32,000 bases of DNA from Psychrobacter cryohalolentis K5 (lineage in GTDB: Bacteria > Pseudomonadota > Gammaproteobacteria > Pseudomonadales > Moraxellaceae). Shown piece after piece: positions 1 through 9,423 of the stretch (position 1 is the first letter of the stretch; every line of letters starts with the position of its first letter). Location of the stretch: NCBI RefSeq assembly GCF_000013905.1, contig NC_007969.1, positions 270,001-302,000 of the forward strand, written 5' to 3'. A program made the position numbers and the translations under genes. The notes beneath the pieces are model-generated. The model had not been told where the DNA came from, made no database searches, and saw only the letters and a list, made by a program, of their open reading frames with translations.

Positions 1-59
1 TGTGATTTTCTAAAATTCTATGTATCAAAAACGACTATCTATTTCAATGGTTAAAAACC

Positions 60-260
60 TTAGCCACCGCCTACAGCCTGTACTACTTCAATAGTCATGC
101 CTTCAACAATATGTAGCTTATCAAGCTCACTTTTAGGAATCAGTTCACCATCGACTTCTACCGCATAACGACCGTTACTAAGCCCAAGCTCATTGACAAC
201 CAATTGTACCGTTTGATGAGTCGTCTGTAACTTCTTACCATTGACACTAATATTGCTCAT
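60..260 (-). CDS. thiS: ThiS sulfur-carrier protein (thiamine biosynthesis)
   Basis: 66-aa ubiquitin-like ORF ending in the diagnostic C-terminal Gly-Gly (..QAVGGG-stop). A GGGAG Shine-Dalgarno lies just upstream of the ATG. Confidence 0.85.
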   Translation of the reverse strand: MSNISVNGKKLQTTHQTVQLVVNELGLSNGRYAVEVDGELIPKSELDKLHIVEGMTIEVVQAVGGG

Positions 261-371
261 AAATCGTACTCCCTAATAATCCAAAATTCCTATTTAGCCT
301 TACTATTTTCACTACTACTAGCACTAACGTAGCTAAATAAAATAAGATTGTTTCTTACTAAAATCAATCAA

Positions 372-740
372 TCAGCTATTTGTTAAGCGTGCTGAAGATA
401 GCGCAAGCCATAACCAACCTGCAATCATCAGCACACCGCCAATAGGCGTAATGGCACCGAACCAACGTGGCGCACCAAGTGTCATGGCGTATAAACTACC
501 CGCAAAAATAATGACACCAATTTGTAATAACCATGCGGCGGTTTGGGTTGCATAGTTTAAGCGAATAAGGATACCAACAAGTAATAATCCAAGCGAATGG
601 ACGAACCAATATAGGGTTGCTGTCTGCCACCATTCTAGCTGTTGAGTGCTGACCATATCTTTGAGACCATGCGCGCCAAACGCGCCTAAAGCAACGGCGA
701 TAGCCATATTGATCGCCGCGATACTTATCCAATTGAACAT
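372..740 (-). CDS. DUF423 (YgdD-like) small inner-membrane protein
   Basis: About 122 aa with four hydrophobic helices and the GAFGAHGLK motif typical of DUF423. The ORF-track start at 779 is a TTG, so I prefer the in-frame ATG at 740. Confidence 0.7.
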   Translation of the reverse strand: MFNWISIAAINMAIAVALGAFGAHGLKDMVSTQQLEWWQTATLYWFVHSLGLLLVGILIRLNYATQTAAWLLQIGVIIFAGSLYAMTLGAPRWFGAITPIGGVLMIAGWLWLALSSARLTNS

Positions 741-805
741 GGTTGTACTCGTATTGTTGAATAAATGCTTACTAAGCAAAGACAGTTGTCTTATCGATAA
801 GCAAC

Positions 806-1831
806 TTATTGAATATCATCAGGTAAAATCACACTGTCGATGGTCATCGCTTCACGGATTTTATCCATGGCATTTTTCTCAATTTGGCGTACGCGCTCAG
901 CAGAGATAGAGTAGACCGCTGCCAACTCATGCAAGGTTGATTTTTGCTCAGATAACCAGCGCTGCTCGACAATATCACGTGAGCGATCATCCAAGGTTTC
1001 CATTGCAGCAATCAAGGCTGATGAATTATTTTCTTCCCAGTCAGATTCTTCGACGATTTCGGCAGGGTCAATGCCATCTTCCAAAAATAGCTGTGGCGCA
1101 TAACGTCCATCGTCATCGTCACTTGATTGCGCCTCAAATGACGCATCATAAGAGGTCAGGCGCGACTCCATCTCAAGCACTTGCTTACGAGTAACGTTTA
1201 AGTCATTGGCAATCGCATCGGCTTCTTCGAGGGTCAACTGATTGTTGGTCTTTTTTAAACTGCGTAAGTTAAAGAACAGTTTACGATGCGCCTTGGTTGT
1301 AGCAACTTTTACAATACGCCAGTTACGGATGACAAATTCATGAATCTCTGCTTTGATCCAATGCACTGCAAATGATACTAGACGTACGCCTTTGTTAGGA
1401 TCAAAACGCTTTACCGCCTTCATAAGTCCCAAATTACCTTCTTGGATCAAATCTGCTTGCGGTAACCCATAGCCTGAATAGCTGCGGGCAATATGAATGA
1501 CAAAACGCAAATGCGACATGACCAGTAAACGCGCCGCTTCTACATCGCCTTCATCATAATAGCGATGGGCAAGCTCTTGCTCTTGCGTCGGAGTCAAGAT
1601 AGGGATTTGGTGCACGGTATTAATATAAGCACCCAAATTCACCCCAGGTGCGGACAAATGCGTCGGCATGGCAGGTACCAAATCACGGGTACTGGTATCG
1701 CCAAGCGCGCTGGCATCATAAGGCGGACGCTCAGCTGCCGCTTTCAGTGCTGCATCGCGCGCTTCGTTTATTTCAGGAACAGCGCTGTCTTTTTTACGGT
1801 TATTTGCAGCGTTAGTAGTGGTATTAGCCAT
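806..1831 (-). CDS. rpoH: RNA polymerase sigma-32 heat-shock factor RpoH
   Basis: Near-identical blocks to E. coli RpoH (HLRFVxHIARxYxGYGLPQADLIQEGNxGLMKAVxRF, VHWIKAEIHEFVxRNWRIVKVATTKAxRKLFFNLR, SAERVRQxEKNAM). The ATG at 1831 has an AAGG SD. An alternative ATG at 1669 would give an E. coli-length protein of about 287 aa. Confidence 0.93.
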   Translation of the reverse strand: MANTTTNAANNRKKDSAVPEINEARDAALKAAAERPPYDASALGDTSTRDLVPAMPTHLSAPGVNLGAYINTVHQIPILTPTQEQELAHRYYDEGDVEAARLLVMSHLRFVIHIARSYSGYGLPQADLIQEGNLGLMKAVKRFDPNKGVRLVSFAVHWIKAEIHEFVIRNWRIVKVATTKAHRKLFFNLRSLKKTNNQLTLEEADAIANDLNVTRKQVLEMESRLTSYDASFEAQSSDDDDGRYAPQLFLEDGIDPAEIVEESDWEENNSSALIAAMETLDDRSRDIVEQRWLSEQKSTLHELAAVYSISAERVRQIEKNAMDKIREAMTIDSVILPDDIQ

Positions 1832-1910
1832 ATTCTTGACCTTGGTTAAATAGATAAGCAAACAGTCAGATAAAAATCTTTATAGTTGTAATTGTAAAGG
1901 ATAGCGACGC

Positions 1911-2378
1911 TTAGTTGCTATCAGTTTTGGTAATGATAAAGTGATATATTGTATCAACAGAATATTTAGATTGGCTAGCGCTCAGTTCTCCACTGTCTGA
2001 TACGGTGGCTTGATTAATACTAAGCAATAGCGGGTTCGTGGCTTTTGTTTGTAAGCTTTGCTGACAAAAAGCCATAATGTCAGCTTGAGAATTTGGGTCA
2101 GTTGCCACAACGTACAATGACTCCCCAGAGACGACACTGCGTAATGCGACCTTAGTTTTTAACAGTGGCATCGGGCAGGCAAGTCCGCGACCATCGACCA
2201 TATCTTTGATAACAAGTACTGGTTTACTCAAATCTGTTTTATGATTTAAGTTGATGTCATCTGTTGGTAATAAGTCTAGGAGCTGCCTGATTGATTGCTG
2301 CTCGCTCTTAGACAAAGTCTCTCCCAGATATATTGGATAAGCGGCTCGTACCATGATGGATGGACTATCAGCAGACAT
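1911..2378 (-). CDS. TusA/SirA-family sulfurtransferase-like protein, expanded
   Basis: Contains the GLACPMPLLKTK motif (CPxP active-site loop of TusA/SirA) in the middle of a 155-aa protein. The ATG at 2378 has an AAAGG SD and is preferred over 2396. Confidence 0.6.
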   Translation of the reverse strand: MSADSPSIMVRAAYPIYLGETLSKSEQQSIRQLLDLLPTDDINLNHKTDLSKPVLVIKDMVDGRGLACPMPLLKTKVALRSVVSGESLYVVATDPNSQADIMAFCQQSLQTKATNPLLLSINQATVSDSGELSASQSKYSVDTIYHFIITKTDSN

Positions 2379-2763
2379 AAAATAAACCTTTAACATGGCT
2401 AATATTAAACCTTGTGTTTCAGTCTAATGCTTAGCATTGCAATATTTATGGATAATACTATCTTAATACAATATGGCGATTGTGCTGCGACGCCGACGGT
2501 TTTATAAGCAACCATTATAGCAAATTGCCTGTATTCAATTGCAGTTGAATATAGTCATCATCGCGTTTGATCAATCAGAACAGCTGAGTAGTATTGATCT
2601 TCGTATTTTTATATTAGACTTATCTAATAGGTTCACATAACCATGTTGCGCAATAGTGACGCCCTGCGGAGTTATTGGTAGCGACAGGCAGACGGCAATT
2701 GACGTTCAATAGACAAGCTCGTATAGTCAAAGCACGTTATGATTATGCATATAGGGTACGCAC

Positions 2764-4449
2764 TTGGATTATTCTAAAAGACAATCAATGCTTGATAAGC
2801 CGCTAATAAATGCACGGAATAAACGTGCTATCACTCACTATGTAAGCGTACAGACAGGGTTATTCTCTAAGCAGATAAACCATCATCTGTCGCGATCATT
2901 TGCAATAAAATTAGCACTGTCAACGATATTATTGGCCTGTACAAGCATCGCCTATAGCAAAAGCCAAGCGATGCCATTGAGCTATGATTCATGGCAAACC
3001 ACTAACACAGAAGAGCTAAGTTTGCCCAGTTTACGCGGGCAAGGGCTGAGCTTTGATGAGCAATATCAAAATAAATTGCTGGGTGAATGGTCATTAAGAA
3101 ACATCAATGGTCGTGTAAAGATGGAGCATGACCCTTGGATTCAAGAAACGGTCAAAGAACTAACATGGCGGCTCAATGCCCAAGCACGCCAGCAAGCACC
3201 GCTTGGTTTGGTCATTATCGATAACCCAAGTATTAATGCATTTGCGGCTCCAGGCGGCGTAATTGGTCTTAATACCGGCACTATATTGGCTGCAAACAGC
3301 ATGGATGAGCTGGCAAGCGTTGTGGCTCATGAGGTTGCGCACATCAGTCAGCGTCATTATGAAAGCGGCGCTGATGAGCGCAAAAAAGCCTTGCTGATGC
3401 AAATAGGTGGCATGCTCGCCGCGATTGCTGCATCGACCGTCGATGGTGATGCGGCAGCAGCAGTGATGATGGGTAGCCAAACCGCCACTATGAATAGTAG
3501 TATGGCGTTTAGTCGTAATAATGAACGTGATGCTGATCGGGTCGGTATGCAAATCATGAACCAAGCTGGCTATGACCCACGGGCGATGCCGCGCTTCTTT
3601 GCGACCATGAATCAAAAAAGTCAGATGAATCAAACCGCCAATCAGTTTTTGCCAAGCTTTATCCGCTCTCATCCACTGAGCAATGAGCGCTTGAGTGAAT
3701 CTCAAAGCCGTGCGCAGCGTTATAATACGCTGCCGTTAAATCAGCAACAGCGTCATCAAGCTTTGTTTGATCTGCTGTATTGGCGCGTACAAAGTACCGG
3801 CAAGCATGCTTCAGAGACCGCCTTGATGACTGCAGCAAAAAACAGCGTCGGGGCAAAGCTTGCACTGATGCATTGGTATGGCGAGCAGCAGCGCTTTAAA
3901 GAGGCAAATGATTTATTTGCCGAGCTGTCTGCATTGCCGGTCGCAAAGCGCCAAGTACTAGAGCCATTATTGTCCATTACCCAAAGCCAGATTTTGACGG
4001 AACAAAATAAATGGCAACAAGCTGCTGAAATATTAGAGAGCCAGCAGCGGCTCTATCCTGAGCGCCGTGACTTACGACTTTATCTGGCAGAAGCATTGAC
4101 CAATAGCAATCAGCCAACTAAAGCCCAAGCATTGCTTAAGCCATTGACTGAACAGCAACCAAGCGACCGTTATGCTTGGCAAAGTTTGCAATTGGCCAAT
4201 GAAAAATTGGCAAAGACCACCAATTCTGCACCGCTAAAAAGTATTGCTACTATTAATGCACTACGCTACCGCAGTCATGACCAACTATGGAGTGGAAGCT
4301 ACGAGCGCGCGCTGACTTCTTTAACGCAAGCCAAAAAATTGACAGAAAATTTGCAAAATACGGCTCAAGCTAATAGCGCTCGCCCTCTACTTGCTAATAT
4401 TAACGCCGAAATCAAAGCCGTAAAAACCGCCAAAGACTTTAAGCCTTAG
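2764..4449 (+). CDS. bepA: M48-family zinc metalloprotease with C-terminal TPR region (BepA/YfgC-like)
   Basis: HEVAH zinc motif (VVAHEVAHISQRH), INAFAAPGG, ERDADRVG and SHPLSNERL blocks align to E. coli BepA. The C-terminal half is helical-repeat (TPR-like). A hydrophobic signal or anchor segment sits at aa 45-65. The start is uncertain: TTG at 2764 or ATG at 2788. Confidence 0.78.
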   Translation: MDYSKRQSMLDKPLINARNKRAITHYVSVQTGLFSKQINHHLSRSFAIKLALSTILLACTSIAYSKSQAMPLSYDSWQTTNTEELSLPSLRGQGLSFDEQYQNKLLGEWSLRNINGRVKMEHDPWIQETVKELTWRLNAQARQQAPLGLVIIDNPSINAFAAPGGVIGLNTGTILAANSMDELASVVAHEVAHISQRHYESGADERKKALLMQIGGMLAAIAASTVDGDAAAAVMMGSQTATMNSSMAFSRNNERDADRVGMQIMNQAGYDPRAMPRFFATMNQKSQMNQTANQFLPSFIRSHPLSNERLSESQSRAQRYNTLPLNQQQRHQALFDLLYWRVQSTGKHASETALMTAAKNSVGAKLALMHWYGEQQRFKEANDLFAELSALPVAKRQVLEPLLSITQSQILTEQNKWQQAAEILESQQRLYPERRDLRLYLAEALTNSNQPTKAQALLKPLTEQQPSDRYAWQSLQLANEKLAKTTNSAPLKSIATINALRYRSHDQLWSGSYERALTSLTQAKKLTENLQNTAQANSARPLLANINAEIKAVKTAKDFKP

Positions 4450-4523
4450 GCGGTTCTCTGATAATTAACTGCTATAAAGCGCTATATAGAAAAAGCGTTG
4501 ATTTTATCAATATGCTGTAGCGA

Positions 4524-4973
4524 TTAACCTTGTAGCGCGTCTTTGACCAGCTTTGAGATTAAGGCAGGGTCAGCACGACCCGCAGTTTTCGTTTTTAATA
4601 TACCCATCACGCTACCCATATCACGCATTGACGTTGCGCCTTGCTCGGCGATTTCTGCGTTTACCAAGGCAGTAATCTCCGCATCATCCATCTGTTTTGG
4701 CATATATTCATTGATAATATCAATCTCAAACTGCTCTTTGGTTGCCAAGTCATCACGACCGTTTTCGGTAAAAATAGTCAATGACTCATGGCGCTGTTTG
4801 AGCTGTTTTTGTAATATCTCCAAAACTTCGGCATCATCAAGCTCGATTCGACGGTCGATCTCAATTTGTTTGATAACCGCTTGTACGTTACGCAGTACTT
4901 TGACCCGTTCAATCTCACGTGCTTTCATAGAGACTTTGATGGTGTCAGTTAGCGTCTGTTTAATTTGGCTCAT
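4524..4973 (-). CDS. GatB/YqeY domain-containing protein
   Basis: 149 aa with a typical YqeY-family sequence (LTDxIKxxMKAxExxRVxxLR...EIxIIxEYMP). It sits downstream of rpsU, as in many bacteria. Confidence 0.85.
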   Translation of the reverse strand: MSQIKQTLTDTIKVSMKAREIERVKVLRNVQAVIKQIEIDRRIELDDAEVLEILQKQLKQRHESLTIFTENGRDDLATKEQFEIDIINEYMPKQMDDAEITALVNAEIAEQGATSMRDMGSVMGILKTKTAGRADPALISKLVKDALQG

Positions 4974-5090
4974 TGTTGTTATTCCTTATGATTATAGGTA
5001 AAAAGTTTGTGTAAAAAGTCTACTAATCAGAACAAGCTTTATAATAGAAAGTGTTAGAACCAATGATAGTAATAACAAAAATTGTAGCAT

Positions 5091-5128
5091 AAAAAACGCC
5101 ACTGATATCATCGGATAACAGTGGCGTT
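5091..5128 (-). terminator. Rho-independent terminator downstream of rpsU
   Basis: Perfect 9-bp stem ACGCCACTG/CAGTGGCGT (5096-5104 and 5119-5127), followed on the minus strand by a T-run (A-run 5091-5096 on plus). Confidence 0.75.
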
Positions 5129-5164
5129 AGTGTAGCGCTGGTACTTAGCTAATCGACTTATCGA

Positions 5165-5380
5165 TTAGTACATACGAGTGGTACGAATAGTTTCGCGTTG
5201 TAATTTTTTCTTATAACGCTTTACTGCAGCAGCTTTTTTGCGCTTGCGTACTTGCGTTGGTTTTTCATAAAATTCACGCTTACGTACATCTGACAATACG
5301 CCAGCTTTTTCACAAGCACGTTTAAAACGACGGATAGCGATATCAACTGGTTCGTTTTCTTTAACCTTAACTGCAGGCAT
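5165..5380 (-). CDS. rpsU: 30S ribosomal protein S21
   Basis: 71 aa, MPxVKVxENEPxDxAxRRFKRxCEKAGVL...REFYEKPT: unmistakable S21. Confidence 0.97.
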
Positions 5381-5772
5381 GAAGACTCCTCGATTAGGAT
5401 GAGATATAAGGGCATTAGTTTGGCTGTGTATTAGTATTTAGCCGTAATATCTCAAGATTACTGGCATCAGCTCAAACTAGGACAATCTTGCGCAATAGCA
5501 CAAGGGCGCCTATTTTAATAAAAAATCGCAATAAAGTCAAAGGCTTTTACTTATTAATCTATAACTATCATTAAGTTGCAAACTGCTGCCAGTAATAAGG
5601 GTCGTAAGTCATTTATAGCTAAACGTTCTTTAGGAAGGATAAACGGGTTATTTAATAAATAGCATCAGTATAAATAAACCCCCTACTGTCTATAACGGTT
5701 TAGGCCAAGTTTATGCTATGATAATTTGCATAATATCAATCGTTTTATGTGCACTTTATTAAGGATGTTGGA

Positions 5773-6159
5773 ATGAAAAAATCAGTACTCAATACGGCGC
5801 TAAGTACAGCATTTATCGTCGCTCTTGGTTTTGGTGTCAGTGCTTGTAGTAGTGAGAAAGAAGGTGAAGAGTCAGATCACATTTTAGCTGTCGATCGTGT
5901 TGATGAGGCAGCAGAGATTGCTCGCGCGAATGCACCTGCAGCAGAAAAGATAGATTTCCCAGCAACAGCGCCAATGCCAGCAGTTGATGCGACAACAGAT
6001 GCGACGATGAGTACTGAAGAAGGGGCTGTCGCAGTAGAGGAAACAGCAGCTGATGCAACGGTAAGCGCCGATAGTTCTGATACCGCTGTGGCGACTGCCG
6101 ATACTGCCAATAGTACTGAAGTGCCGGCGACAGATTCAGCTGAACCTGCAACCAATTAA
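5773..6159 (+). CDS. Acidic low-complexity lipoprotein, unknown function
   Basis: The ATG at 5773 has an AAGGA SD (the ORF-track start at 5749 is a GTG). Signal peptide with lipobox GVSAC. The mature part is A/T/E/D/S-rich with no recognisable domain. Confidence 0.55.
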   Translation: MKKSVLNTALSTAFIVALGFGVSACSSEKEGEESDHILAVDRVDEAAEIARANAPAAEKIDFPATAPMPAVDATTDATMSTEEGAVAVEETAADATVSADSSDTAVATADTANSTEVPATDSAEPATN

Positions 6160-6225
6160 TCCTGCTTGAAGGCAGTATTCAATAATGAGCGGTGTCACTA
6201 ACCATCTATAGATAAGGAAATAACC

Positions 6226-6741
6226 ATGACTGTTAAACAAGCTGTAATAAAGAAAAAATCAGTTGTTAAGTTAGCGCTGTCTGGTCTAAGTCTTAGTGTG
6301 TTATTGACACTTAGCGCCTGTAGCGGTGGTGATAACGCTCCCACTGATGAGCCTGCGGTGGTTAATGAAACCGAAGCTGTGGTTGTGGAGCCAGCAGCGC
6401 CTGCTGAAGCTGAGCCTGTCGTTGAGGTAGAAACAGTTGAGGTGTCAGAAGTAAAAGCGGAAGAAGTAAGTGCTGCCGCTGCTGAGCCTGAAGTGTTGGC
6501 TGCTGATGCAGGTGCTGCATTGTATGAAAAACAATGTAAAGTCTGTCATGAAAAAGGTTTATTAGCCGCGCCAGTATTCGGTAATAAAGAAGCATGGGCA
6601 CCACGAATCGCCAAAGGTATCGATACATTACATATGCACTCTGCCAAAGGCTTTAACAAAATGCCTGCGCAGGCAAGCGCTGAAGTCAGTGAGGCGCAAG
6701 TTCATGCGGCTGTTGATTATATGGTTGCTGCAGCTAGCTAA
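6226..6741 (+). CDS. Cytochrome c5-family lipoprotein (monoheme c-type cytochrome on a low-complexity tether)
   Basis: Lipobox LSAC, an A/E/P/V-rich linker, then a C-terminal cytochrome c5 domain with the CKVCHE heme site and GxNKMP methionine-ligand region. AAGGAAA SD upstream. Confidence 0.8.
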   Translation: MTVKQAVIKKKSVVKLALSGLSLSVLLTLSACSGGDNAPTDEPAVVNETEAVVVEPAAPAEAEPVVEVETVEVSEVKAEEVSAAAAEPEVLAADAGAALYEKQCKVCHEKGLLAAPVFGNKEAWAPRIAKGIDTLHMHSAKGFNKMPAQASAEVSEAQVHAAVDYMVAAAS

Positions 6742-6769
6742 ATATTATTGATTGAAATTTGCTAAACTG

Positions 6770-6803
6770 ACCGTCATTGTAAGCTTACAGTGGCGGTTTT
6801 TTA
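6770..6803 (+). terminator. Rho-independent terminator after the cytochrome c5 gene
   Basis: Long hairpin ACCGTCATTGTAAG/CTTACAGTGGCGGT (two G-U pairs) followed by TTTTTT. Confidence 0.75.
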
Positions 6804-6837
6804 TTCACGCTACAAGGCAAAATATAAAGGCACATAG

Positions 6838-7896
6838 ATGAAAGTATTGGGATTAGAAACCTCTTGCGATGAGACGGGTCTAGCGATTTTTGATAGCGAA
6901 CAGGTAACGAGCGACAATAAAGGTCTACTTGGGCAAGTATTGTATTCACAAATAGAGCTGCACGCCCTTTATGGCGGCGTGGTGCCTGAGCTTGCTAGTC
7001 GCGATCATATCCGTAAGTTAGTGCCTTTATTTAATGAGCTTTTGCAGCAATGCAATATCACTAAAGATGAGATTGATGCCGTCGCTTATACCAAGGGTCC
7101 GGGGCTTATCGGCGCCTTGATGACAGGTGCATTGTTTGGTCGTAGCTTGGCTTATGGGTTAGATATTCCAGCGATTGGTGTTCATCATATGGAAGGGCAT
7201 CTATTGGCACCGCTGATGGGTGCGAATCCACCAGCGTTTCCGTTTGTCTCCTTACTTGTTTCTGGTGGGCATACGCTACTCATTGCTGCGCATGGTATTG
7301 GTCAATATGAAATCCTTGGCGAATCCATTGATGATGCGGCAGGTGAGTGTTTTGACAAAGCGGCGAAGATGTTGGGCTTGCCATATCCGGGTGGTCCTAA
7401 TATCGCTAAATTAGCGGAAAGTGGTAATTCGGACGCTTATAGTTTACCAAGACCAATGTTACATCGTGGTTTGGATTTCTCTTTTAGCGGTATGAAAACA
7501 GCCGTACATAATCTTATCAAGGACACCCCATGCTCAGGGGGTTCAGGAAATGGCTCTGATAGCGACCCGCAAGTCCGTGCTGATATTGCCGCCAGTTTTC
7601 AGCATGCCGTGGTCGATACCTTGGTGAAAAAATGCGTCAAAGCGCTTAAGCAAGTGAATATGAGCCGATTGGTTATCGCAGGCGGTGTCAGTGCCAATAG
7701 TCATTTGCGTAAAACTCTCGAGCGGGAGCTTGCTAAGATAAATGCGACCGTACATTATGCACCTCCTGCTTTATGTACCGATAATGGTGCGATGATTGCG
7801 TATGCGGGCTACGAGCGTTTGCAAGCGGGTCAAGCAGATGATTTGGCTGTCAGCTGCGTGCCACGTTGGCCAATGACCGAGTTGCCAGCGGTATAA
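6838..7896 (+). CDS. tsaD: tRNA N6-adenosine threonylcarbamoyltransferase TsaD (Gcp/YgjD)
   Basis: N-terminal [13 protein letters not shown], HHMEGH, SGGHT and GGVSAN motifs of TsaD. It lies near rpsU, as in enterobacteria. Confidence 0.95.
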   Translation: MKVLGLETSCDETGLAIFDSEQVTSDNKGLLGQVLYSQIELHALYGGVVPELASRDHIRKLVPLFNELLQQCNITKDEIDAVAYTKGPGLIGALMTGALFGRSLAYGLDIPAIGVHHMEGHLLAPLMGANPPAFPFVSLLVSGGHTLLIAAHGIGQYEILGESIDDAAGECFDKAAKMLGLPYPGGPNIAKLAESGNSDAYSLPRPMLHRGLDFSFSGMKTAVHNLIKDTPCSGGSGNGSDSDPQVRADIAASFQHAVVDTLVKKCVKALKQVNMSRLVIAGGVSANSHLRKTLERELAKINATVHYAPPALCTDNGAMIAYAGYERLQAGQADDLAVSCVPRWPMTELPAV

Positions 7897-7954
7897 GCGC
7901 TAGAAAGTCGCTTGTATCCAATTTATTAAACTTTATATCACTCAAGGATAACTT

Positions 7955-8326
7955 ATGCAGTGGCTTGCGATTGGATTAGGTGCTGCCATTGGCGCTTGCC
8001 TGCGAGGGTGGTTGGCGCGTTTTAACCCGATGCACCACTGGATACCACTTGGGACGCTTGGCGCCAATGTTTTAGGTGGACTATTGATAGGGCTGGCCTT
8101 GGTGTGGTTTGAACGTGTGGGCAGCGGCTTGTCTCCCAATATTAGATTGTTTGTGATAACTGGCTTTTTGGGTGGTTTGACGACTTTTAGTACCTTTAGC
8201 GTCGAAGTATTTACCTTTATCCATAATGGTAAACTGCTTGCGGGCTTAGGACTGATTGGGCTACATGTGGGGCTGACGTTATTAGCAACGGCACTTGGAT
8301 TTTATTTCTTTAAGTTGGTTTTATAA
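7955..8326 (+). CDS. crcB: Fluoride ion channel CrcB/Fluc
   Basis: 123 aa with four TM segments and the GxLGGxTTFSTF signature of CrcB. Confidence 0.9.
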   Translation: MQWLAIGLGAAIGACLRGWLARFNPMHHWIPLGTLGANVLGGLLIGLALVWFERVGSGLSPNIRLFVITGFLGGLTTFSTFSVEVFTFIHNGKLLAGLGLIGLHVGLTLLATALGFYFFKLVL

Positions 8327-8344
8327 TAATAAAAATGCAGCAAT

Positions 8345-8385
8345 AAAAAAGAGCCATATTAATTTTTTAATACGGCTCTTTTTTT
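8345..8385. terminator. Bidirectional hairpin terminator between crcB (+) and metR (-)
   Basis: AAAAAGAGCCATATTAA ... TTAATACGGCTCTTTTT hairpin, flanked by an A-run on one side and a T-run on the other. Confidence 0.7.
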
Positions 8386-8399
8386 AGTGATAATTACTT

Positions 8400-9290
8400 C
8401 TAGACAGGTTTTACGATACCTTCTAATAAACTCGCAAACCCTTGCATATAGGCAATCTCTTGGCTCGAGGTGCGCGTTGCCGCATACAGCTGACAGTAGA
8501 CGCCGCTACCTAATGGACGTGAAACTACCCAACCTTTTCTCTCATATTCAGCCACCACCCAGTCGGGGAGTGCTGCCACCCCGCGTTCACTAGCAACCAA
8601 CTGAATAAGCATAGCGGTTAGCTCGGTGGTACGCATACTTTTAAAGCTGACCTGCTCTGGGGTCATAAAATTGGCAATAATATCAAGGCGCTTAGCTTCC
8701 ACTGGATAAGCAATCAAGGTTTCATCGACTAAGTCTTTGGCATGAATAAATTGTTGCTCAGCCAAGTCATGAGTCGGCGACAGTACCAAACGACTTTCAT
8801 ACTCAAATAATGGCTGATAGCTGATACCTTCTATCGGTAAATTACTTGTAGTAATCAATAAATCAATATCACCTTCCATCAATAAATGATGCGGCTCGGG
8901 CTCAAAACCAGTAGCAAAATCTAGCTCCACATCTGACCACTCACGGCGATAATGATTGAGAATCGGCATCAGCCAATCAAAGCAGCTATGACATTCAGAC
9001 GCCAAGCGCAATCTGCCTGCTTGACCATGGGCTAAGCGTTTTAAGTTTGACTTGGTGCGCGTGACCTGAGGTAAAATGCTGTCAGCGAGTGCCAATACCG
9101 TTTTGCCAGCTGGCGTAAAAGTTAGCGGACGTGTGCGCCTATTGACCAAACTAATATCGTAATAATTCTCTAGCTCTTTTAACTGATGGGAGACCGCAGA
9201 GGCGGTGACATGCAGCTCATCGGCGGCAGCAGCCAATGAGCCATGTGCTCGCAGCGCAGTTAGCGTATTAAGATGACGAAGCTCTAGCAT
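8400..9290 (-). CDS. metR: LysR-family transcriptional regulator, MetR-like
   Basis: Aligns along its length with E. coli MetR (LxHLxTLxALRxxGSLAAAA, ECHSCxxWLxP, RLVLxPxHxLA, ALPxWVVxxxERxGxVV, LYAAxR). It is not next to metE or metH here. Confidence 0.8.
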   Translation of the reverse strand: MLELRHLNTLTALRAHGSLAAAADELHVTASAVSHQLKELENYYDISLVNRRTRPLTFTPAGKTVLALADSILPQVTRTKSNLKRLAHGQAGRLRLASECHSCFDWLMPILNHYRREWSDVELDFATGFEPEPHHLLMEGDIDLLITTSNLPIEGISYQPLFEYESRLVLSPTHDLAEQQFIHAKDLVDETLIAYPVEAKRLDIIANFMTPEQVSFKSMRTTELTAMLIQLVASERGVAALPDWVVAEYERKGWVVSRPLGSGVYCQLYAATRTSSQEIAYMQGFASLLEGIVKPV

Positions 9291-9423
9291 AAAATGACCT
9301 AACCACTGAAGTTAAAGAAATAAAAAGTTGCGACTTATAAAGGCCTAAAAATAAAGGCTGAAAAATTGTTAAAAACTTTTTATCTAATATGATGTTAAAG
9401 CTGTTATTAAAGTAAAATTAACA

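Noticed and set aside
2427-2552. Small palindromes in the TusA-like/bepA divergent region (AATGCT-T-AGCATT at about 2427-2439; TATTCAA-N6-TTGAATA at about 2533-2552)
   Set aside because: They are short enough to occur by chance in AT-rich intergenic DNA, and I cannot match them to any known operator consensus. I note them only as possible regulator sites.
2764-2787. ORF-track start codons at non-ATG positions (2764 TTG, 779 TTG, 5749 GTG, 17463 TTG, 30416 TTG) and upstream ATGs at 1861, 2396, 11180, 12367, 16956, 22243 and 23111
   Set aside because: These are maximal-ORF extensions. In most cases a downstream ATG has a better SD, an operon-junction overlap, or an N-terminus matching homologues. 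The 2764 case remains undecided.
3160-3977. Several minus-strand ORFs (181, 66, 68 and 73 aa) inside the bepA-like gene
   Set aside because: These are shadow ORFs antisense to a gene with strong full-length homology. They have no motifs and no RBS. The same reasoning rejects 496-732(-), 646-909(+), 937-1194(+), 1565-1849(+), 4543-5001(+), 5221-5415(-), 5837-6155(-), 6362-6628(-), 7220-7414(+), 7543-7755(-), 7942-8139(-), 8387-8593(+), 9572-9931(+), 10507-10767(+), 10972-11202(+), 11317-11880(-), 13807-14100(-), 14254-14526(+), 15258-15725(-), 22402-22887(+), 23093-23278(-), 23458-23715(-) and 30518-30942(-).
7897-7954. Possible fluoride riboswitch upstream of crcB
   Set aside because: The spacer is only 58 nt. 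I cannot find the conserved crcB-motif helices or pseudoknot sequence, and crcB is probably read through from tsaD. An Rfam scan would confirm this.
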